A DNA stretch of 64,000 nt from Schmidtea polychroa (Eukaryota), in NCBI GenBank assembly GCA_044892525.1, contig CM097885.1, positions 234,920,001 through 234,984,000 on the forward strand, read 5' to 3'. A program made the position numbers and the translations under genes. The first letter of the stretch is position 1. Every line of letters begins with the position of its first letter. Below the pieces are notes generated by a model. It was not told the DNA's origin. It searched no databases and saw nothing but the letters and a program-made list of their open reading frames with translations. Positions 50,840-61,500 of this stretch are shown here, piece after piece.

Positions 50840-51310
50840 GTGTTCAAACTATTGGAAAATCTGCGAAGAGATAGGGCAGAAGCTCAAAAACAGTCCGAGG
50901 AGCTCCGCATACGAGTAGACAAGCTCAAGGGACGGTGCCGGGAACTAGAAAGCACCTGGTTTAGTCCCGAGGATATGAAAAAGAAGGTGGCGCAGGTCCT
51001 TCAACTGCAGACTCAAGCTGCGCAGGATCAGATGGAGATCCGGGCACTGAAACTCCAGCTCCGCGCGTTAAAAACCGAACGCAATGAACAAGTAGTTCAC
51101 GGAGCCGCCATAAGCCAAATCCGGCCGTTGACCGTGGAACTAGCAGCAATATACCCCCCGGCCGCGAAAGAGAAACCCAAAAGAAAGCGGTTAGGCCGAA
51201 ATATTCGGGAAAAATTGAAGAAAGCTAGACTGGCCGAATACGAGCGACAAGCAAATTCGTCACTAGCAGCTGCGACGGAATTGGCCAGTCCTACCAATAA
51301 GCCTGTTTGA
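50840..51310 (+). CDS. LTR-internal ORF2, coiled-coil with basic tail
   Basis: Conserved with 3843-4289; begins right after TTTATCTAG, a possible splice acceptor. Confidence 0.6.
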   Translation: MFKLLENLRRDRAEAQKQSEELRIRVDKLKGRCRELESTWFSPEDMKKKVAQVLQLQTQAAQDQMEIRALKLQLRALKTERNEQVVHGAAISQIRPLTVELAAIYPPAAKEKPKRKRLGRNIREKLKKARLAEYERQANSSLAAATELASPTNKPV

Positions 51311-51716
51311 ACTTATACTCGGTTTTAGGTGTTTTGTAGTATTTTTACGTATTGTGGTAGTCTTCAAATAATATGTTCCTTGTTAAAATACTGCACGTTT
51401 TGTGGTGATAAAATAATGACTAGTACAGTTTATGATTGCCTGGGAAATGAGAGTTTGTGCATAAGGTTGGGAAAACAATTTTGATAAAGGGACCTGAGAA
51501 ATCGGACACACACCTTCTATCGGTAGTCCGTGAACCCACGGAGTACTCGACAACTATAGTGCTTTGATGCGCTCACTTTTTGCGAGTACTCAACCCTTGG
51601 TACAGTACCAACGTTGATCACTCAACGGGTACCAAGCGGAAAAACAATGTTGTATTTTGGGTTACGCTGGTAACAGCACTCAATCATTCAACCACCAGTA
51701 ACCCACCATACAAATT

Positions 51717-51734
51717 TGGGGGCTCAGCCGGGAT
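51717..51734 (+). promoter_or_regulatory. Primer-binding site, tRNA-Pro (copy B)
   Basis: TGGGGGCTCAGCCGGGAT, 4 nt after the LTR-terminal CA. Confidence 0.85.
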
Positions 51735-52433
51735 ATTGAAAATTTAATTGGTGAAAGAACCCGAGAATAGATATAATAGAGAGAGTAAAAGCGGATATAA
51801 AGTGATATGCATTCAAGACCGAGCAGGTTGTTTTCCCAAGCGCTTAAACTTGGTATATGGATATGCGAATATGATAAAATGTATGTAGAATGTCTAAATG
51901 AGTGATGGAAGTTTTAAAGTATGACGACATATGAATGTATTGAAAGTGGGTATGAGAATGCTGTACGAATAACTTAGTAATAGAATGAATGAGGATAAAC
52001 GAAAATTAAAACGAAAACAAATTATAATAAAATTGTAAATAACAACGATTAATAAAATGTAAATATAAGGAAATAATAAAAATTTAAAAATAGGGAAAAG
52101 GGGGGATAGCACGCTAATAAAGATAGAACAAATGAACAATGAAATTAAACTTAATCAGAAAACGTGTAAAATATGGCGATAAGGAATGGGATATGGGTTA
52201 TATATAATTAAAACGATTGTAATAAAATCATAAGATCATGAAAGAAATGTGCGCGGTATAGAGCATTAAACAGAGGGAGACGGGGTTGTTAAGGGTAATA
52301 AGTAGAATGTAAAGGTTTATCGAAGCACTAATAAAATAAAGTATTCTGGATATTAGGGGGAAAAACGATAAAGGGGGAAAAATGACGCGGAATATTAATA
52401 AAAAGAGAACTTTAATTATTAAATCTTAATTAG

Positions 52434-52916
52434 ATGGAATCAACCGGCTACATTACAAAGAGACTCGGAAAATTCGTAGATTTAACACACAATTCGTTAC
52501 AACGGCTAAATCGCAAAGCGGACCAGTTAATAAAAATCCAAGATGAGATGAGCTTGAATCCAAGACCGCAAGCTGAGGAAATATGTGTAATGATGAAAAT
52601 AGCGACACCTAATGCAGAATTGACCACTAAAAGAGTTTATCAACTTCAAAATTTACGATTAGATAATGCCAAATTTAACATCAAATGGCAGGAGATAATG
52701 ATAAAAATGGAAACGATCGAGGAAGAAATTAAAGAAGCAATCGAACATCAAGTTAAAGATTTTAGAAAATGCTTCATATGCAGAACCAATGAAATACGAG
52801 TAATGACGATTCCATGTGGTCATTTATGCTACTGCGAGAATTGCGCAGAGAAAATTAAACGATGCGACGTATGCGATACGAATGTTAGAGAGAAAATTGT
52901 AATATACCTCCCATAA
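52434..52916 (+). CDS. Coiled-coil + IAP-type RING finger protein (leader ORF, copy B)
   Basis: CFIC...PCGHLCYCENC...CDVC...IYLP. Confidence 0.85.
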   Translation: MESTGYITKRLGKFVDLTHNSLQRLNRKADQLIKIQDEMSLNPRPQAEEICVMMKIATPNAELTTKRVYQLQNLRLDNAKFNIKWQEIMIKMETIEEEIKEAIEHQVKDFRKCFICRTNEIRVMTIPCGHLCYCENCAEKIKRCDVCDTNVREKIVIYLP

Positions 52917-53639
52917 GGAGATGTTGTCAAATAAATTTCTTGTGAATGAATATGAAGTGATAAAATTAGTAAATTATATTAAAAATCCATTATAGCAACC
53001 GAAAGGTGTAAAACATACGATGAACATAGACATATAAAGGACACAAAATACGTTAAATAAATAGACAAGCAACACAGCAATTAGAACTAAAATCAAAGTT
53101 GAATGCAGGACTGATCATAGTCGCATGAATGAGCTGGTCGATAAGATCAGTACGAATTTTATTTCCAATTTTCCTTTCTTCCTGTTTTGTTATTTTGGCA
53201 TAAAGAGATACGATAATGAGGGGATGACAAGTGAATCGTCCTTACGACACTTGCCCGGATGGGGAAATCCTGATCACCCTGATGAGAGAATGTAGTAGGA
53301 TCCATCGCAAATGTTGGGGAGTTTCTGTCCAGTGACTGATCACCACTTGTGGGAAACGAACCAACGCGATTATTATATTTTTTTGTCTGGGAGACGGGGA
53401 CTAACTAAAAGGGTGAATAAAAATAGAAAAATAAAATAAAAATTGGAAAACGCGCGCTAAATGTTAAAAATTTAATCCGAGAGCAGCTGCGGATTTGAAG
53501 AAACCGTTTTTGGACTTCAAATCAGATGAGGAGTAATGTTTTTCCCTAGCGAGTGATGAGGCACCCGAGTACAGCGGCTAACCACCGGACTGTAGTGTCC
53601 AGGAGATTATCAGCCAAGGGACTGATGATGCTGGATCAC

Positions 53640-54620
53640 CCAATACAAAAACCCGGATACCACACCGAGTATTGGGCGCACTTTTTTGAGTTGCTAGCGG
53701 GACTTGATACAAAAACCCGGAAGGGTAGCGAGCGAGAGAGACCCAGTTACCTACACCGAGTATCAAGGAGCCCAGTGAAACGGTTGTGAGATGCGAGTCA
53801 ACCGGTAAAGGACTCATACTCAACAGGCAACCAAGATTGGACCAGTTGTGAGGCGAGAGACCGAGAGTCAACTGCATACCCAATTTCCTTTTAGCTTCAC
53901 TAGTCGGGAGATCTGGTTCATCACTTTTGAGAATCACGATCAAGGCGATTAGGCATTTCCGTGTTTTTTAAATCCTGATAGATAGGATGTTTTTTCTTCG
54001 TGATTATTGCTAGCAGGGGTCGGTACAAAACCCGGATGCCCACACCGAGTACCGATAGGCCCAGTGAAACGGCGATGAGATTAGAGTTACCGGTATTAGA
54101 CTCTTTTCAATAAGCGGCCAAGAATTGAGCCAGTTGTGAGGCCTCAGCAGATTAAGAGTTGGAGTAGGAGGAGCCTCGAATTTTTGATTAGCCCGAAAGT
54201 CAACTGTCAACTCAATTTAATCGCGGTAGGGACGATAGTAGGTGTTAAAACCGAAGGCGTCTGGGGGTTGAAGAAACCTCATTTAGGGCATTTGAAACCG
54301 GTCAGGGACCGAAGACCGCGAATACGGCGTAATGGTGTAAAAGCCCAGGCGTCTAGGAGTCGTAAAAGACTTCAATTTTGATTAAACCGGCCGGAAGCCG
54401 ATGCCGACGCGGAGGTCTAACAAACCAAAGCGTTGATGGGTAATAGTAGATTATATGGCGTAATGGTGTAAAAGCCCAGGCGTCTAGGAGTCGTAAAAGA
54501 CTTCATGAGATTAAAATGAGTTGATTAAACCGGCCAAGGAGCCGATGGTAATTGAGTGAAATGATTTAAATGAAAATAAAGGAGTTGAACAAACCGGCCA
54601 GAGAGCCGATGGTAAATAAA
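53640..54620 (+). repeat. Repeat-rich GC-elevated leader modules
   Basis: CGTAATGGTGTAAAAGCCCAGGCGTCTAGGAGTCGTAAAAGACTTCA twice, AAACCGGCC..GCCGATG three times, TACAAAA(A)(A)CCCGGA three times. Confidence 0.75.
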
Positions 54621-55596
54621 GGTGGATGTAGAGGTCGCGCGAACCAAAGCATCAATGATTAACTATGAAATTGATTAAACTGAAATAGATTAAGTGCGAT
54701 AAATATGTAATGAGTAGAGGAGAATTATGATAAAGCGCCGGCGCAAGCGAAAATTAAACCAGTTTTTGGATGGGGAAAAGCGAACGAATAGATAGTAGTT
54801 GAATTATGGAATTTTATTTATTAATGATATGTTTATTTTGATATTTATGTGATTAATATTATATTTCTATGATAATAATAAAAGGGATAGATAATTGATA
54901 CGACTATATAGATAATTGATACGAGTTATAGATAATTTAAAATCAACTTAAAATCAAAATGGGGCGAATAGCGAGAAGTGTAGAAAAGCTAGAAAATTTG
55001 AAGCGAAGGGACAGTAAAATAAAGGGAAAAGGGAAAGTAAATGAAGGGTTTAATAAAGAGAATTTATGATATGTACTAGAGGTGTTAATTATTTTAGAAT
55101 AAAGCAAACAATTCAGAAAGAAATCAAAGAAATCAAGAAAGCAATAGAAATCAAGAGATATAGAGAAATCAATTAGAAGCGAAGAATCAAGGAAATTAAT
55201 AAAACCAAATCCAAGAAGAGTTAGAGAATCGTAAAGATTAAAGCGAGAAAAATACTTAGAAAACATCGAGCTCGATTGACAAAGTAGAAAATTTATCAAA
55301 GGATATTAAAAGGAGGAAAAATTGATAGCATAGCTAACCGAACGAGGCGAAAAAGTAAAGGAAACCTCAGTTTATTGGAAAAGGAAGAGATACAAAAGGC
55401 CAAGACCAACAGAAAACTACACAGGAAGCCAGCATCAGTAGAAACAGTATTTGAATCAGACAGTTTAACAAACGAATTTGAGAACAGCGACGATCTTAAA
55501 CGAACCGAACTAGATCCGATAAGTGACATTGAATCATCAGACGAGGAAGGAAATAGTTCAGAGTCAACCAATATAACAATTTTGTGTCAAGAAATA

Positions 55597-58500
55597 ATGA
55601 CAGACGGAATTCCACATGTAACAGGGCTAACGGACCCACCGGAAACAAGTAATGTGCACGTCAACATTGGAGAATTCAGAGAGAAATTTCGAGGAGAGCC
55701 ATTCGATGGAAATATAAACCAGCTGGAAACGTTTATAAAGGAATTCGAAGTATACATTACGATATGTCACTGGCCAGATATAGTCGTACGAGAACGAATA
55801 CCCCTATATCTAAAGGGAAGCGCCCAAGATGTATACTTGGAGGCGAAATGTGATGCAACAAAGTTGAGAACGTGGAAAGAGATCAAGGAGTTTTTAATAA
55901 AAACATTCGGTACCGAAAAAGAGGGAAATCGAAAAATGTTAGACTTTCTGCATCGAAAGCAGAAATATAACGAATCCAACGCACTATACGCATGCGAATT
56001 GAGACGACTAGCACGAGAAGCCTTCGATTCAAATCAACCAGTTCCGGAAGACAAAATAATAGCCGTATTCGTAGATGGCATGAAACGAGAGGATATACGA
56101 GCAACTTTGGGATGCCGAGCACCAGAGACGCTGGAAGAAGCACTAAAAATAGCTAACAAATGTGAAACTTACCTAACACCAATACAAGTAGCAGCAATGA
56201 CAGCAGCCCCAGCAGCTCCAGCAACAACAGCAACAACCACAAACAACCAAGTCAATAATGCAAATCCAGTAATGAATCAATTCATCCCAGGATCGCAACA
56301 GTTGTTCAAAACTCCACAAACAAGAAACCAAAACAATGGAGGTAATATTCAAAATTTTACTAATAATTTCAGGAACAACGACATCAACAATCGAACGTGC
56401 AACATATGCCAACGACCAGGGCATTGGAGCAATGAATGTTATAAAGCAAGGATGTGTCAAAAGTGTGGGAGAAGAGGCCACACGGAAAATGTCTGCAGAG
56501 GACCCATGATGTCTATGAGCAGAGGAGGAACCAGAACCTGCTACAATTGTAATCAGCCTGGACACATGGCAAGAGAATGCACGATGAGAACCAAACCAAA
56601 TCAACCAGGATCAAACAATCCAGTTCAGAACACACAAATCAACCTCATGCAGGAAATCGAACAATTAAAAGATATGATCCTGCGAATACCGACTAATAAC
56701 CAACAACAACGAATCAACATGATGCAGAGCACCGAGGAAATCCGGAACCAACCAAGTAAGCAACAACAAGATCAGCAACGAGTCGAATGGCAAAGATTAC
56801 AAAACGAGGAAGCCAGAGAAATTCAAGAAAGATGGAAACAACGGGAAGCGAATCCCGGAAGAATAAATATGATGAGATTAACAAATAAAGAGGAATCGCA
56901 CACTGCGGAGCAGTGTGTTAACAACGACGGGAGTGAACCGATAATAAACAAGGAGATAAAAACGACAAAAGAAGATGAGATTGATCCACGAACAGAATTG
57001 AGCAGTGAAGAGAAAATACAATTGATTAAAGAATTTACTAAAGAGGAGAAAGAAAGGAGACAAAAGAGAGATGAGAGTAAAGACGAACCAAAAAGCAATG
57101 AGATAATTACAAAAAATCGAATTCAGAGGGTACTACTACAAAAAATCGAAGACAGAATCAAAAACGAAAACCCTACATTAACTGAGGAACAAATAAAAGA
57201 AAAAGTGAAAGAGCATTGGTTCAGGAAAAATGAGTGGTTTGAAAAGAAGGAACCACATACCAAAGCTAAAATAAACATGCTGAGACAAATGCGGAGCGAT
57301 CAGACGGATCAGGACGATGAGAAAAGTGAGGTGAGTAGCCTGGGAGGCGAATTATTTCAGTCAAGTGAGGAAAATAACGAACCGAAAACACCTCCAAACA
57401 GTGAAACACCTCAAAGTAGTGAGGAGAGTGAAAATGATGACATGAAATCAATGATAGAAAAAGATGAAGAAGAGATATTCGAGGAAATTCTCGACACAGT
57501 AACAGAAATAGAGCGAAACGAGAGCTACATCAACGAGTTAACATACAGAAAATGCTTAAAACTTATAACTCAAGTATACCAGTGTGAAGGAGGTATAATA
57601 ACGGCAGCATGGAAAGATTTAGCAACAAAATATAAAGAGAAACTAAAGGAAGCAGGCCCAGATCAATATCAAGTAAGTATTCAACACCCCGAGATTCAGA
57701 TACAGACTATTGAATTAAAAGGAACAAATACCGATGAACTGTACAACTGGGTACAGGAAAAAATGGGAACGAGCCATAAAAATAAACAATTATATGCCGA
57801 TGGTTACAAAGTTAAAATGGGCATACATTTGGTAGATGCGATGATATGGCCAAACGAAACTAACATCTTAACCTTAGAGAAAACCAGAGATGACGACTCG
57901 GTAGCAGAGATGTTCAAGAAAATCCAACAAGTGTTTAACAATGAAGTGGAACCAGAATTGGAAAAGATCGAACGAAAAATAATGAAAGAAAATCAAATAA
58001 TCTTAGTCAAACAAGCTATCGATCAGACAAGGAAATACATTAATAGACTGAGAGAAAGATGGCCACAACTAATGAAACAATTCGTTAAAGACGTACGAGA
58101 CACGGAAATCATGAGATTCGAAGACAAACGAGCGACAGAATTGATATCTAAATACGGAGAATACGAGAGAACCAAATGCGAGCATGAAACGATAAAAATA
58201 AAGGTGAAGTTGCCAAATGAAGAGAAACAAATAATAGAAGTTAATCCCGATTGCCAAGTTGACGAGTTAGTGCAAATCATAGATCAAGAGATCATCCAAA
58301 AAGCTCGAGAAAATAGTGAGGATGGAATGATCGAAGATGTGATAATAATGTACAACCGGCACATACTAGAAAGAGGAGACCGAACTGTAATTTACGAACT
58401 AGGAATCTGGGAAGATGGAGCCGTCATCAATATAATCGCGATGGATGAACCATCGGGTGGACACAAAAACGCCACCAAAACCGATCAACAAATCAAGAGA

Positions 58501-61500
58501 TTCCAATGGGGAATGAGAGCCAAGATGGATCGAATAATAGATATTTATAACCATTGGCTAAAGGATGACAAACTAAAACTAACACCATTCAATGACGAAG
58601 ATTGCAAACTGATACCGTGGAAGAAGGTGTGGATCGAAAGTGAAGCTCGATGGGATTGGGAGCAGCAAAAGTTGGAACCAAATTGGATAGATAATATACC
58701 CGAAGAGATCGCAGCAGTATGGGTAAGAGAGAAACCGATCGATACTTACCAGGATATATTACCACAAGAATTCCAAAATGAATTACCATCAGGAGAAGAT
58801 GAGGAGATACGAGAACCAGTAAGGTTAGCACCATTCACGTGGAAAATTGAGAATTGGATGGAAAAGATAAAATCAGCAAAGGAAGAGAAAATCACACGAT
58901 TAGTAAGTCCACCGTTCTACTCAGGATTAGGTGAGTACAAGATGAAATTGCGAATATACCCGAACGGAGACGGGATAGGTAAAGGAAATTATGTGTCGGC
59001 ATTCTTCGCCATCTGCAAAGGAAATTATGACGACAAGGTACCATGGCCGTTTAGCAGAAAAGTGACGATAGCAATCGAACCATTGAAAGATAGCCTTAAC
59101 ATGCATGGAGAAACATTGAAATCAGATCCAAGGAGCGCCTGCTATCAACGACCAACAACATCAGAAAATATCGCTTCTGGGACACCTAAATTAATACGTC
59201 TAAGTTACATTGAGAATGAGCAGTCAAAATTTGTGAAAAACAATGCTATCCAGATCAGAGTAGAAGTTGAAACAGAACAAGAAATGAACCAACGACTGAA
59301 CATACCAGAAAATCAACCGAGAATCTGTATGATGAGGAGAAGAGTGTCTGATTCAGGACATCTACCAATAGACGCAGATGCAGATGAGGAGGAAGCAGCA
59401 ACATTGTTGGAAGCACAAAAATGTAAGGAGTTGATGGAGATATTACAAAACGGGGCGAAAAACCGTCGACGAGCGGTGGTAGAACTAGCAAAATGGATAG
59501 CCGAATCATGCAAAAGGATTCAAAACCTACGAAAGATCGTTAAAGCGATTGAAGAATATCGACGGGTATACGTATGGTACCCTGAACAATTTGGTGAAAT
59601 CATCCGGGAATGGAAACAACAAGAGTGGGCCGAAAACTCACCTGAGAAATATCAATTAAAAATATTCATGCCAGATTTTGAACCAATGGAAAAGGAATTC
59701 TATACGACAGCTAAAGTCAGAGAAGTTAAAAAGAGAATACCTTATGAACTCCCATTCCACTTACAACACGAGGGACGATCATTAGACGACGATATTGAGA
59801 TTGGTGTGACACCACTCCAAGGAGAAATTGTGAACAGATTAACGGTGAGTAAAATTGTAGGTAGAGAGCTAAGGAGAAGAGAGATAAAGCAAAAATCATC
59901 CACCCAACAACCAGGAAGTTTGGACACACCAGAAGTTCCAAATGCGGTTAGTGAAGTAACGATCGAAACAACGGGAGAAGACGAAATACTGGATGAATTA
60001 CAAGAGATAGTAGAAGCAGGCGAGATTATGAGAGCATCGCAATCAGGAGATCTATTTATCGACGAAGGTGAACCGACAACTGATGATTTAGATGGATTTG
60101 TATGCGCGCAGAGACAACCAGTGGAAACGACGGAAGCCGAGACGGATTTAGATAACGTGGAAAGAGGTGCCAATAAAGATGTAACCACAACCGATGAATG
60201 GAGCAACTGGAGAGTAGATCCAGGAGCGACCACGTCAAAAGATACAACTTACAATCCGCCAAAACGGAAAGAAACCGGAACAGCTATGGATCGACGAACA
60301 AGAGGAAGACCAAAAACAGATAAAGCAGAGATCGAACCAAAATCCAAAGTTCAGGCGCAAATGGAGCAGGTAAAAACTAAAATGGATAAACTAAGTGCAT
60401 TAGTAAAACAAGTGAAAGTGAAGACAAGCGTCCGAGAACAAGGGACACGATGGATAAATGACCTATTAGCCAACATGTTAGCATTAGCAAATCCAGATGT
60501 GAAAAGAGTAATGAGGAAGGATAATATTCCGACCGAAGCCAAACAATTATGGGCAGTATTGAAACCGATAATAATGAAAATCATGGATAATAAAATTCGA
60601 TTAACGTTAAAAGATCCCGTGGAACTCAGATTAATTGTGGAACATCTATTAAGCAGATCAGAGGACCAAAATCGATTTTTAGTGGGATTAGCATATTTAG
60701 TATATAACGTTATCGGTCAATATAAAAAACGAATGCCAAAATATAACGCAACGGGTTACGAATTCACAGTAACAGAAATAATTAAACGATCAATAGAACC
60801 ATATATACTTGAACAAGGGGGATGGAGAAGCTTCATCGAATCAACTGGGAAGAAAGATCAAACGGAAATGATGCAAGCAAAGTTACGCGATTTGCTAACT
60901 GAATTCGAAGGAACAATCAATATAAACGACCCAAGAGCAAGTCGAAAGGGAATGAATGCCATAATAACCACGATATTGATATGGATGATGTGTATCAAAG
61001 GAACGGAGTCATTTGCAGTATACGACTGCGACAACATAAAAATCCATGAGAAATATTCATTAAAGGATACGGAAGACTGTAAAGCGGCAAACCCAAGAAA
61101 ATTACAAACAGTCATGGCATCAGTCTCGTACAACGTATATCAAGAAGCAGATTTCATCAAAACTATGGTCCAAGAGTGTACGATAACCAGAAAGATATTC
61201 GCACATCACTGCGGTTCATCCTCACACTCAACAATCATAGAACCAGGATTGGAATCGACAGTAATATTACTATCAAGAGAGGAATGCGAGGAAGGGTTCC
61301 GATCAGGGAGAATCCACTTAAGGCAAGGGATTGAAATCGCTGCAGAACCAGGAAAAATAAAAACGACTCGCGTATATACGGCGGGCAGAATCACTAAAGG
61401 AGACGGAACATGTGAGACAGGAACATACACCTTGAACGGACAACTGGTTAGTGGAGTGGTCGTAATAGAAAGTTACGAAGCTAAATTGGAAAAGTATCAA

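Larger units (their letters stand above)
47385..51712 (+). repeat. 5' LTR of copy B (~4.3 kb)
   Basis: TGTTGGGC...CCATACA followed by the PBS. Confidence 0.8.
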
